Made by a program: the position numbers and the translations under genes. The notes beneath the pieces are model-generated. The model worked only from the letters and a program-made list of their open reading frames with translations, was not told where the DNA came from and did not search any database. A DNA stretch of 64,000 nt, taken from positions 1 through 64,000 of the forward strand of contig JBAXKC010000012.1 of NCBI GenBank assembly GCA_037137535.1, in the 5' to 3' direction. How positions within the stretch are numbered: position 1 is the first letter of the stretch; each line of letters starts with the position of its first letter. Below, in pieces: positions 20,098-30,098 of the stretch. Source of the stretch: a bacterium (GTDB taxonomy: Bacteria > Cyanobacteriota > Vampirovibrionia > Gastranaerophilales > JBAXKC01).

Positions 20098-21144
20098 TTA
20101 AACTTTATAAAATTTATCTTTAAACCATAACGATAAGTTAACAAGACTTATAAGAACAGGGACTTCTATTAATGGACCTATAACTGCAGTAAAAGCAACT
20201 CCTGAACCTATGCCGAATACTGCAATTGCAACCGCAATAGCAAGCTCAAAATTATTTCCTGTCGCAGTAAAAGCTAAAGTGGCAGACTTTTCATAATTAG
20301 CACCGAGCTTTTTACACATAAAGAAACTGAATAAAAACATTATTGCAAAATAAATAGAGAGCGGAACAGCTATTCTAATTACATCTAATGGAATTTGAAC
20401 GATAAGTTTACCCTTTAAACTAAACATAACAATAATAGTGAATAATAAAGCAATAAGTGTAATATGGCTTATTCTATGGACAAAATCTTCATGATACCAT
20501 TTGTATCCTTTTAACTTTATTAATATAGTCCTTGTCAGAAATCCTAAAATAAAAGGAACACCCAGATAAATAAATACACTTTGAGCTATCGAAATAATAC
20601 TTACGTCAACGACAGAGCCTTTCAACCCGAATAATGGAGGCAAAACCGTAATAAACACCCACGCATACAGGCTAAAAAATAAAACCTGAAAAATACTGTT
20701 AAAAGCAACTAATCCCGCTCCATATTCCGCTGAGCCACCTGCAAGATTATTCCAAACTAAAACCATAGCAATGCAACGGGCTAATCCTATTAAAATTAGT
20801 CCTACCATATATTGCGGATAATTATGCAGAAAGATTATTGCCAGTAAAAACATTAATACAGGTCCAATAATCCAATTTAAAACCAAAGAAAGGCTCAAAA
20901 CCTTTTTATCTTTAAATAATTCAGGAAGTTCCTCATATTTTACTTTTGCAAGAGGAGGAAACATCATTAATATAAGCCCTATAGCAATAGGAATATTAGT
21001 TGTACCTATCTGAAATTTATTTATAAATCCTTCCACTCCCAGAATAAAATATCCCAAGCCTACACCAATAAGCATTGAAAGAAATATCCAAACTGTAAGG
21101 TATCTTTCAACAAATGACATTTTACAAGAAATTTCACTGTTCAT
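20098..21144 (-). CDS. acr3: ACR3 family arsenite efflux transporter
   Basis: [25 protein letters not shown]. Confidence 0.95.
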   Translation of the reverse strand: MNSEISCKMSFVERYLTVWIFLSMLIGVGLGYFILGVEGFINKFQIGTTNIPIAIGLILMMFPPLAKVKYEELPELFKDKKVLSLSLVLNWIIGPVLMFLLAIIFLHNYPQYMVGLILIGLARCIAMVLVWNNLAGGSAEYGAGLVAFNSIFQVLFFSLYAWVFITVLPPLFGLKGSVVDVSIISIAQSVFIYLGVPFILGFLTRTILIKLKGYKWYHEDFVHRISHITLIALLFTIIVMFSLKGKLIVQIPLDVIRIAVPLSIYFAIMFLFSFFMCKKLGANYEKSATLAFTATGNNFELAIAVAIAVFGIGSGVAFTAVIGPLIEVPVLISLVNLSLWFKDKFYKV

Positions 21145-21246
21145 TTATATAAATCTCCTATTCAAATGAGGACTTTTAAATCAATTGCATACTAACACAC
21201 TATATGATAAAATTGCAATATAGTCATATTAAAATCAAGGTTAAAA

Positions 21247-21576
21247 ATGAATAAAGAATTTTATAAATTAAAAACATCTATTATAAAAGCACTCTCTAAT
21301 CCTATACGATTAATGATTGTTGATTGCCTGAGAGATGGAGAAAAAAGCGTAACCCAACTTATAGAACTTTTAGACGAAGAACAATCAAATATTTCTAAAA
21401 GCCTCGGTATTTTAAAATCAAACGGACTTATTAAAGACCGAAAAGAAGGTTTAAATGTCTTTTATAGCCTAAAGATCTGCTGTATCAACCAATTTTTCTG
21501 CTGTTTAGACAGTATGATAGAGGAAAACATTAAATATCAGCAAGAATTAATCAACTCATCAACAAAAAAAGGATAA
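21247..21576 (+). CDS. ArsR/SmtB family transcriptional regulator
   Basis: KALSNPIRL, QSNISKSL HTH, Cys pairs CC...CC near C-terminus; divergent from acr3. Confidence 0.88.
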   Translation: MNKEFYKLKTSIIKALSNPIRLMIVDCLRDGEKSVTQLIELLDEEQSNISKSLGILKSNGLIKDRKEGLNVFYSLKICCINQFFCCLDSMIEENIKYQQELINSSTKKG

Positions 21577-21580
21577 AATC

Positions 21581-22552
21581 ATGATAGATATATTTAAACC
21601 TATAGAATGGTTTGCAAATTTTATTGTTTATAACCTTATGCATCTTTCCACTAAAACAAACCTGGCATCAAGCCTGCATTTCTTCATCTACGACACTATA
21701 AAGATATTTATATTAATTCTTGTCATTAGTTTTATTGTAGGACTAATTAAAAGCTTTTTTACGCCCGAAAAAACAAAGAAATTACTTAGCGGAAAACATA
21801 GCGGCATTGGAAATATAATGGCAGCTTCTCTTGGAATAGTTACTCCATTTTGCTCTTGCTCGGCTGTTCCTTTATTTATCGGATTTGTAGAGGCTGGAAT
21901 TCCTCTCGGAATAACCTTCTCCTTTTTAATAGCCGCTCCTATGATTAATGAAGTAGCAATAATCTTACTTTGGGGGCTTTTTGGACTTAAAATAACCGCA
22001 ATATATATATTGTCAGGCCTGATAATATCCATCATCAGCGGTATTATAATCGGAATATTGAAACTTGAAAAATATATCGAACCATTTGTTTTTGAAACAA
22101 AACCCAAATGCTGTTGCTCCGAAGCAACCTTAATAACGTTAAAAGATCGATTCACAGATGCAAAAGAAAGTAGTCTTGCCATATTTAAGAAAACTTGGCC
22201 TTATATAGTACTAGGCGTAGGATTTGGAGCGTTTTTACATGGATACGTTCCTACAAGCTTTTTACTGAAATATGCAGGAGCGAATAATCCCCTTGCAGTT
22301 CCGCTTGTGGTCTTGCTTGGAGTTCCTTTATACGGGAATTGTGCAGGAATTTTACCTATAACCGTAGTTTTGGTAGATGCAGGTTTGCCTATAGGTACGG
22401 TTTTAGCTTTTACCATGGCTGTTACGGCTATTTCGTTACCCGAAATGCTTATACTTAGAAGAGTTTTAAAACTTCCACTATTGGCTTTATTTGCCGCAAT
22501 TCTTACAGTTTCAATAATATTTACAGGATATTTGTTTAATTTTTTAATATAG
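21581..22552 (+). CDS. DUF318/ArsP-type permease
   Basis: TPFCSCS, FLIAAPMINEV, ISLPEM; ars context. Confidence 0.88.
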   Translation: MIDIFKPIEWFANFIVYNLMHLSTKTNLASSLHFFIYDTIKIFILILVISFIVGLIKSFFTPEKTKKLLSGKHSGIGNIMAASLGIVTPFCSCSAVPLFIGFVEAGIPLGITFSFLIAAPMINEVAIILLWGLFGLKITAIYILSGLIISIISGIIIGILKLEKYIEPFVFETKPKCCCSEATLITLKDRFTDAKESSLAIFKKTWPYIVLGVGFGAFLHGYVPTSFLLKYAGANNPLAVPLVVLLGVPLYGNCAGILPITVVLVDAGLPIGTVLAFTMAVTAISLPEMLILRRVLKLPLLALFAAILTVSIIFTGYLFNFLI

Positions 22553-22553
22553 G

Positions 22554-23516
22554 CTAAAGTTTTTTAAGAATATCGCCTTCTTTTATTACGAATTTAAAAT
22601 AAATGGGAGAAAAAAATCTTTTACTTTTTCCATATAATCCCACTTGTGAAAACATTACAGCTTTATCATTATCTGCGGTTGCAACCACAATAAAATTATT
22701 GCCTTTTTGTATAATCGTTCCCGGTTTTCGACTATTAGCTTGAACATCAACGATTTTAGTTTTTCTAAGCATAAGAATATTTTCTCCATGTTCGGCATAA
22801 CCGTATAACCATGGGGTAATAGCTCTTATCCTATTATGTATAGACCTTGCACTTGTATTCCAGTCTATTGAAGTATCATAAAGGTTTAACCTCTTATGAT
22901 AAGAAGATTTTGATTCATCTTGAATTAAAGGAATAATAATGTCATTTTCAAGATCATCAAGCAATCCGCCTATAGTTTCTTTTGACCGATAAGAACATTT
23001 TATTCTGAGCGTTTCGCCTGTATCATCGTCATTAATATCAACAGATTTTTGAAGAAGAATAGCACCTGTATCAATTCCTTTATCAACAAGATGAAAGGTA
23101 ATTCCGCTGACTTTTTCATCTGCTTTCAAAACTGCTGCGTAAGGATTTGCTCCTCTGTATCTTGGTAAAAGTGAAGGATGACAATTAATAGTAGCTATTT
23201 TAGGCAATTTTATAACATCTTCCTTTAAAATTTCGCCCCAAGAACCGACTAAGATTACATCAGGTTTTAATCGTTTTATTTCTTTTTTGAAAGCTACATC
23301 TTTAGTTAAACTTGCCTTTATTTTATGAATTTTATATTTTTTTGCAATCGTGCTTAAATCATCATGAAAGAAAAAAGGAAATAATTTTTTAATAATATTA
23401 GGATTAGAATTAAATTCCCATGGCATATAACCTACCAAATTATGCCCCGATTCAAGAACTCCGAGCATAAGAGATGCAGCCATTTCACCATATCCAAGAA
23501 CAATAACTCTAAGCAT
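22554..23516 (-). CDS. Formyltransferase (Fmt/ArnA-like)
   Basis: NCHPSLLPRYRG, DKGIDTG; N-terminus atypical for Fmt so substrate uncertain. Confidence 0.8.
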   Translation of the reverse strand: MLRVIVLGYGEMAASLMLGVLESGHNLVGYMPWEFNSNPNIIKKLFPFFFHDDLSTIAKKYKIHKIKASLTKDVAFKKEIKRLKPDVILVGSWGEILKEDVIKLPKIATINCHPSLLPRYRGANPYAAVLKADEKVSGITFHLVDKGIDTGAILLQKSVDINDDDTGETLRIKCSYRSKETIGGLLDDLENDIIIPLIQDESKSSYHKRLNLYDTSIDWNTSARSIHNRIRAITPWLYGYAEHGENILMLRKTKIVDVQANSRKPGTIIQKGNNFIVVATADNDKAVMFSQVGLYGKSKRFFSPIYFKFVIKEGDILKKL

Positions 23517-23580
23517 TTTTTCTTCTTTTATATATTATAATATACAAATATTTTATCATAGAAAGAATGGACCAACAAAA

Positions 23581-24072
23581 ATGCATCAACAAAATAAAGA
23601 CAAAAGTATATACATAGTACTAGACAATGTTAAATATTCCAATAATTTAGGACCCATTTTTAGATTAATAGACGGGCTAGGCATAAAAAAGTTATATATT
23701 TGCAAAGAAAAAACAACTTCTTTTAATAACAGTCAAATAAACATTCTAAATAAAACCTCAAGGGGAACTTTTAATCATGTAGACTGGGAATTAAGCCCTT
23801 CAACTTATGAAACTGTTAAAAAACTCAAAGAAAATGGTGTCTATATAATAGGAATAGAAACTGGAGATAAATCGTTAGAAATAACTAAAACTCAATTTCA
23901 ATATCCCCTTGCCTTAATATTAGGCAAAGAAGACGATGGAATAGCAGATAACATTATTAAAATGTGCGATAAACTTGTAAAAATACCGATGAAAGGGGTC
24001 GGCAAATCATTAAACGTGTCAACAGCAGCTGCAATAGCTGTATATGAAGCAATTAAACAATTACCCGACTAA
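23581..24072 (+). CDS. TrmH/SpoU family RNA methyltransferase
   Basis: VLDNV..NLG..R, LGKEDDG, IPM.G..SLNVS. Confidence 0.88.
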   Translation: MHQQNKDKSIYIVLDNVKYSNNLGPIFRLIDGLGIKKLYICKEKTTSFNNSQINILNKTSRGTFNHVDWELSPSTYETVKKLKENGVYIIGIETGDKSLEITKTQFQYPLALILGKEDDGIADNIIKMCDKLVKIPMKGVGKSLNVSTAAAIAVYEAIKQLPD

Positions 24073-24315
24073 GTTTAATTTCTTTTCGTTTTTATCACTT
24101 AAAGTTTTAACTTTATTCTCTAACGTTGCTATTTGCTTATCCTTTTGCTCGCATTCAGCTGCTTGCATAGAGATAATATAAGACGCAACCTCTAATTGCT
24201 TATCTTTTCTTTTTAAAGCCTGTTCAGGATTAGTTGATTCTTCAGCTTTAGTGCTTTTAGACTTATTAGCTGTATCAGGTGTATAGACATAAGACTTGCT
24301 TTGGATTGCTACCAT
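24061..24315 (-). CDS. Small coiled-coil hypothetical protein ending KKLNLVG
   Basis: AGAGGAG RBS; internal KDKQL/KDKQI repeat. Confidence 0.7.
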   Translation of the reverse strand: MVAIQSKSYVYTPDTANKSKSTKAEESTNPEQALKRKDKQLEVASYIISMQAAECEQKDKQIATLENKVKTLSDKNEKKLNLVG

Positions 24316-24573
24316 ATTAAAGCTCCTCTTTGCAGGTTTATAAAAATAAAACCTGTCTCCCCTTATATTCCAAATACTATTTTATACAATAATCACAAAA
24401 AAGCGACTGTCTTTTGGACGATTTTTAAGAATAAACAATATATTGCCCTAAACACCAAAGTATTTTACATTTACAAAAATATATAAATATTCTAAAATAG
24501 ACCATCGTTACTTATTTCTTATAAAGAAGTAACCTAAAAAAAGACGAAATAACTTTTTCTAAGGAGTAAAACA

Positions 24574-25308
24574 ATGACCAAAAAACTACTAATAACAATT
24601 CTTGGATTAACAATGATATTTACGGCTATAACTGCAAAGGCACAGCCACCTGCTCCCGATAACAGAGCATTTGTTAATGTACAAGGAACAGCAAAAGAAA
24701 ATTATCCGCCTGATACCGCAAATATTACTTTTGCAATAGAAGTTAACTCAAAAGACGTAAAACAGGCAACACAAAAAAACGCCCAAGCGAGTGAAAAGGT
24801 AATAAATGCAGTAAAAAAATACATAGACACAACTAAAGGCGAAAAAATCAAAACCTCAAACTACAATGTAACACCATCGTACGACTATAATAAAAATTCA
24901 AATAGAAACACCATAACAGGCTATACCGTTACAAATCAGATAACCGTAACTTCAAAACGCATTAAAAATGCAGGTGAAATAATTGATACTGCAATAGAAA
25001 ATGGAGCTAACCGAGTAGACAATCTTAGCTTTTCACTTGAAGATGATCAAAACTTTGCAACAGCTCTCATTAAGAAAGCAACGATAGAGGCTTATTCAAA
25101 CGCTCAAGCGACAGCAGAAGCATTGGGATACAAAGTTAACGGAGTAAAAGACATAACAGTATCAACATCAAGACAACAGCCTTATGCCTCAAATATATAT
25201 TTTGAAGCTAAAAAGGCATCCGTTGCAGGATATTCAACGCCTATAGAAGCCGGTGACACAACAGTAAACGCTCTTGTACAGGCAAACTTTTTTATTGATA
25301 AAAAATAA
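24574..25308 (+). CDS. SIMPL (DUF541) domain exported protein
   Basis: Signal peptide; V.G....PD, GY.VTNQI.V, GANRV..LSF, PIEAG. Confidence 0.9.
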   Translation: MTKKLLITILGLTMIFTAITAKAQPPAPDNRAFVNVQGTAKENYPPDTANITFAIEVNSKDVKQATQKNAQASEKVINAVKKYIDTTKGEKIKTSNYNVTPSYDYNKNSNRNTITGYTVTNQITVTSKRIKNAGEIIDTAIENGANRVDNLSFSLEDDQNFATALIKKATIEAYSNAQATAEALGYKVNGVKDITVSTSRQQPYASNIYFEAKKASVAGYSTPIEAGDTTVNALVQANFFIDKK

Positions 25309-25362
25309 ATAACACAAAAATCCTCTCTTTAAGAGGGGATTTTTATTTAACAAATTCAGATA

Positions 25363-26319
25363 TTAACCAAAACTAAATGCAAACACATCAACATCATCGC
25401 TATTAAACAAAATTTCTAAGGTATTATGCTGAAGTTTATCAGATTCAACTAAATTATAAAGCCTGTAATCCTTAATAATAAGATGGCCTTCATCATTTAT
25501 ATCAGAACCTCTATTACAATCAGACAAACTTTTCCCATTTAATTTTATTTCTGCACAAACAGGCATCTTCGCCCCCGTAATAATATTTAAACTTTCAGCC
25601 TTGTACGGAAGGACTATTTTTCCTTGAAAACTATTTAATGAAACTCTATCAGAATAAAACGTCCAAACGCCTTCTACTCCCAATTTGTTTGTCTCAATAT
25701 GCCTTAAGGGAGTATATTTTGAAGAAGTATTTGGATTTAAACGCTCATAACAGGAAAGACCACTAATTCTATTATGTCCTGCATAAATTTCAGGAGCAGT
25801 AGTTCGCTCAATAGGATTAAAAATAGTAGTACCGCTATCAAAGCTATCAGTTAAATAGTGAGATTCTTTCAAAAGTTTAACAATATTTTCTTCTATTCGA
25901 GAGTAATAATCTTCCCCAAAATGAGTAAACCTTAACTGCTGATGTGCAGAATATAAATAATATGAAGGTAAATATACATTATTAAATATTGACCATAATC
26001 TATGGTTATTATCTACAACAACAGGATAAGGTATTTCAAAGCGTTCTACTTCTTTTTTAATATTATAAATATTTTTTTCAAAATTAAATTCAGGAGTATG
26101 AACCCCGATAATCTCTAAGCCAAACTTATTATATTTCTCATACAAAGCCTTTAAAAAAGGGATCGATCTAACGCTGTTAATACAAGAGTAAGACCAAAAA
26201 TCAATCAAAGTTATATTTCTGTTGTCATCAAAGTTCTTTTCCTCTGAGTTAAACCAAACAAGGCCCGATGGAAAATCAGGCAAATGCGTAGGTTTTTTAC
26301 TCTCATAAAGATGTTTCAT
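25363..26319 (-). CDS. DipZ-like thioredoxin-fold protein lacking the N-terminal membrane domain
   Basis: DFWSYSCINS, GVHTPEFNFEK, HFGE, PEIYAG, RLYNLV, FAFSFG. Confidence 0.8.
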   Translation of the reverse strand: MKHLYESKKPTHLPDFPSGLVWFNSEEKNFDDNRNITLIDFWSYSCINSVRSIPFLKALYEKYNKFGLEIIGVHTPEFNFEKNIYNIKKEVERFEIPYPVVVDNNHRLWSIFNNVYLPSYYLYSAHQQLRFTHFGEDYYSRIEENIVKLLKESHYLTDSFDSGTTIFNPIERTTAPEIYAGHNRISGLSCYERLNPNTSSKYTPLRHIETNKLGVEGVWTFYSDRVSLNSFQGKIVLPYKAESLNIITGAKMPVCAEIKLNGKSLSDCNRGSDINDEGHLIIKDYRLYNLVESDKLQHNTLEILFNSDDVDVFAFSFG

Positions 26320-26517
26320 CTAACAACCCTCCTCTACTTAATTATAAAAATACCATTAAACAAAAGTACCTCCGTCCCTCTATGGACTAATGCCATAAAG
26401 CAAAACCCAATAGTCTATTCGGACAGATAAAATGATTTAAAACTAACTATTTATTCCAATGAATGTTGAAAATAAAAGCTATATATTAGAATTAAACATT
26501 TATAACAATTAGGGGGA

Positions 26518-27723
26518 GTGTATATGCGTTCTGAAATTTATGAAAAGATGGAATATTTATCTAAACTTGAAAAAACTGATTTTCCTTTTATAAGCCTTTA
26601 TATTGATGCTGATTTTCAACATTCCCTTGATAGAACAGAGAATGCCAGAATTCAAATAAAAAACTGTCTGAGAGAAAAAGAAAAACAGCTTAAAGAAAAT
26701 AAAGAACACGTGACTTCTTTAAGAGCAGATATAAATAAAATAACTAATTATTTATCAAATGAACTTGAAAGAGACACAAAAGGTTTAGCTATTTTTGCAT
26801 GTAATGAGTTTGATGTTTTTGAAGTAATAAAGTCATCCGAGAGCTTTAAAAACGAATGTAGAGTAAATCACATGCCAAACTTAACTCAACTTGCACATAA
26901 AATGGAGGACAGCAAAAAAACACTAATAATTATGGTAGACAGAAGATTTTCTAAAATAATGGAATTAAGAAGCAATGACATTTTATTTGAAGACATTCAT
27001 CAACATGAAAAACAAGCCATAATAATGCACCACGAAGTACACGGTTATCATAAAGAAGGAGATTCAGACGCAAAAGGAAATTACAAAGTAATAAGCGGAG
27101 CACCAAGAACAGGAGGATGGTCGCAAAGAAGATTTCAAAGAGGAGTTCAATTACAAATAGGACAACACTATAAAAAAACGACCGAAGTTGTAGTAAAACT
27201 AATTGAAGAAAACAACTATGACAATATTGTTATAATCGCCCAAGAACATGAAGCAAAAAACTTCATAAAACAACTTCCTGCACATATAGAAGAAAAAGTC
27301 TGCTCAATAATCAATATGCAAATGATAGCCTCTCATGACGACATAATAAATGAAGTCAAAAAACAGCTTGAATTGGCAAAAAGAAAAATAGAACTTGAAA
27401 TGGTTAAAAAAGCCATAAATGAATGCTTTGAAAATAAAGATCACTGTGCGTTAGGCATAGAAAATGCAGCTGACAAAGCAAAAGACGGAAGAATAGATAA
27501 ACTTATAGTTGCCGAAGATATGGTCACAAAAGGATATGAATTTGGAGGCTATTATTACAAGGAAGAAGACAACTCTCAACGAGAAGATGAATTTGACCTT
27601 GTATCAGAAGCAATAAGATTAACCATTAAAAATGGCGGTGAGGTTACTTTCATAAAAACCGAGTCTGAAGCATCGGAAGAGCTTAATAAATTACAAAATA
27701 TCGGAGCTATTTTGAGATATTAG
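26518..27723 (+). CDS. Bacterial eRF1/aeRF1-like (baeRF) protein
   Basis: ISLYID, GLAIF, GGWSQRRFQR, C-terminal IGAILRY. Confidence 0.8.
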   Translation: MYMRSEIYEKMEYLSKLEKTDFPFISLYIDADFQHSLDRTENARIQIKNCLREKEKQLKENKEHVTSLRADINKITNYLSNELERDTKGLAIFACNEFDVFEVIKSSESFKNECRVNHMPNLTQLAHKMEDSKKTLIIMVDRRFSKIMELRSNDILFEDIHQHEKQAIIMHHEVHGYHKEGDSDAKGNYKVISGAPRTGGWSQRRFQRGVQLQIGQHYKKTTEVVVKLIEENNYDNIVIIAQEHEAKNFIKQLPAHIEEKVCSIINMQMIASHDDIINEVKKQLELAKRKIELEMVKKAINECFENKDHCALGIENAADKAKDGRIDKLIVAEDMVTKGYEFGGYYYKEEDNSQREDEFDLVSEAIRLTIKNGGEVTFIKTESEASEELNKLQNIGAILRY

Positions 27724-27784
27724 AATTTTATCTATATAAGTGGGGCAAATTTTAGGAATTGCCCCCATTTTTTTACATTAATTT

Positions 27785-29335
27785 TTAAGCAAAAACCCTA
27801 TCCAAATTCCTGTACTGTATGGCTTCTGCTATGTGATTAGCTTCAATATTTTCAGAGCTTGCCAGATCGGCTATTGTTCTTGAAACTTTGAGTATTCTAT
27901 CGTAAGCCCTAGCTGAAAGATTAAACTTTGTAATTGCCATTTTAAGCAAACTTTCGCTGTCTGCTGCTAATTTACAATATTTTTGAGTAAGAGCAGGAGT
28001 CATTTGAGCGTTTGAAACAATATTATCGCCAAAATATCTTTTTACCTGAATCATTCTTGCTTTTACAACTCTTTGTCTTATCTCAAAAGAGCTTTCTCCT
28101 TGAGGAGCATGCCCTAACAGTTCTTCTTGTTTTAATCTTGGCACTTCTATCTGAATATCTATTCTATCCAGCAAAGGACCTGATAATCTTGACCAGTATT
28201 TTTTTGCCTGAATTTCAGAACAGGTACATTGTTTTAAAGTATCCCCATAAAATCCGCAAGGACATGGGTTCATAGCAGCCAATAAAATAAAATCAGCAGG
28301 ATATTTTACACTTATCTGAGCCCTTGAAATAGTTACAACACCATCTTCAAGCGGTTGACGTAAAACTTCAAGAACAGGTCTTGGAAACTCTACAACCTCA
28401 TCAAGAAATAAAACTCCTCTGTGAGCAAGAGTTATTTCCCCTGGTTTAGGGTTTGATCCGCCCCCGATTATACCGACGGAAGAAGCCGAATGATGAGGCG
28501 AACGAAACGGTCTTTCTGTGATAAGAGCCTGATTACAATCTAAAAGTCCGCTTACACTATATATTTTAGTTAATTCAATTGCTTCTTCAAATTCAAGTGG
28601 AGGCAATATACCCGAAAAGCATTTAGAAATAAGAGTTTTTCCCGAACCGGGCGTTCCTGCCATAAGTACATTATGACCGCCTGCTGCTGCTATTTCCATA
28701 GCTCGCTTTGCTTTTTCCTGACCTTTTACATCTTTAAAATCAAACATTGCCTGACTTTGATTAGCTTTTGCAAGATATTTTTTAACATCAAAAGAATATT
28801 TTTTTATTTTAATTTCTGGAATGATTTTGGCATCCAAAAAATCAACAACATCTCTAAGACGCTCAGCGGGATAAACTTCTAATCCATCGATAAGGGCTGC
28901 TTCAGCTGCATTTTCAGTGGGAATAATAATACGTTTAATTCCTTGTTTATGCAACGCAAGAACAACGGGTAAAACGCCACTAATTCTACGCAGACTTCCA
29001 TCAAGCGAAAGTTCGCCTAAAAAGGCAGTATCTGTAACAGAATCAAGGTCTATATCTCCATTAGCAATCAAAACTCCAACAGCCATGGGTAAATCAAAGC
29101 CTGAGCCTTCTTTTTTTACATCAGCTGGAGCAAGATTTATTACTATTTTCTTTGACGGGAAAACATAGCCCGAATTTTTTATTGCAGAGCGAATACGTTC
29201 TCTTGCTTCGGATACAGCAGCATCAGGAAGTCCTACAATTGCCATACCGGGTAATGTTGAGCTTATATCAACCTCTACACTTATTTTATAGCCGTCAATT
29301 CCTGTTACCGATCCTGTTGTTACATTTGCAATCAT
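27785..29335 (-). CDS. YifB/ComM Mg-chelatase-like AAA+ ATPase
   Basis: VGLPDAAV, NLAPAD, GTPGSGKT, FRSPHH, LRQPLEDG, NPCPCG, SGPLLDRID; start likely MIANV. Confidence 0.93.
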   Translation of the reverse strand: MIANVTTGSVTGIDGYKISVEVDISSTLPGMAIVGLPDAAVSEARERIRSAIKNSGYVFPSKKIVINLAPADVKKEGSGFDLPMAVGVLIANGDIDLDSVTDTAFLGELSLDGSLRRISGVLPVVLALHKQGIKRIIIPTENAAEAALIDGLEVYPAERLRDVVDFLDAKIIPEIKIKKYSFDVKKYLAKANQSQAMFDFKDVKGQEKAKRAMEIAAAGGHNVLMAGTPGSGKTLISKCFSGILPPLEFEEAIELTKIYSVSGLLDCNQALITERPFRSPHHSASSVGIIGGGSNPKPGEITLAHRGVLFLDEVVEFPRPVLEVLRQPLEDGVVTISRAQISVKYPADFILLAAMNPCPCGFYGDTLKQCTCSEIQAKKYWSRLSGPLLDRIDIQIEVPRLKQEELLGHAPQGESSFEIRQRVVKARMIQVKRYFGDNIVSNAQMTPALTQKYCKLAADSESLLKMAITKFNLSARAYDRILKVSRTIADLASSENIEANHIAEAIQYRNLDRVFA

Positions 29336-29554
29336 TTTTTTGCTCCAGACATAAACATATAAATTATCAAACAAACTGTACCTATTTACCATAGTAAAAT
29401 GACAATTTTATAAATAAGTTATTAAAGATAAAAAAATTCATTTTAAAATACTTTAATATTTGGTTACAAATTGTCCATCGAGTAATATAATATAAATAAG
29501 GTTAAGCCTATAGATTGATTTACATTTATATGAAATAAATGTTTTAATCATAAT

Positions 29555-30034
29555 GTGTTTAGGAAGAATAAAATGATTGATATGAAACAACTTATTGAAA
29601 AATTCAAAGCAAAACTATTAGAAGAAGAAGGCAATTCTTTATACAAAAATGAATCAGTCAGAAATATTGTCAACAGAGTTTTTGTGGAAGAATTTGCAAA
29701 GATTTTTGAATCAATCGTTAATGAAATAAATAATAAACTGAACATTAAACTTCTTTCTTATCAGCTGGAAGGCAAAAGCCGTTTTATAGTCGAAGGAAGA
29801 TATCATAGAATTTATTTTCAAAAAGGCAAAATAGACCAAAATGATGAAGTTATACAATTAAATATAATACCTATCTGCGTTTGGAAAGGCGTTACAAAAC
29901 ACCTTGGACCGATTTGCGCATATATTAATCAGGAAACATTACAAATAAAATGGGATATTCCTTTTGAAAACCCTGAAATATACGCAATGGACGTCTTTAA
30001 TAAACTAGTTGATGATACTGACTTTTCTATGTAA
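29555..30034 (+). CDS. Hypothetical protein
   Basis: 159-aa ORF; start may be ATG at 29573. Confidence 0.7.
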   Translation: MFRKNKMIDMKQLIEKFKAKLLEEEGNSLYKNESVRNIVNRVFVEEFAKIFESIVNEINNKLNIKLLSYQLEGKSRFIVEGRYHRIYFQKGKIDQNDEVIQLNIIPICVWKGVTKHLGPICAYINQETLQIKWDIPFENPEIYAMDVFNKLVDDTDFSM

Positions 30035-30098
30035 CTTATTTATGTAATAATTTTACATAGTTTCAAACAAGAATTTATCTATAAAGTCAGGTGAAAAG

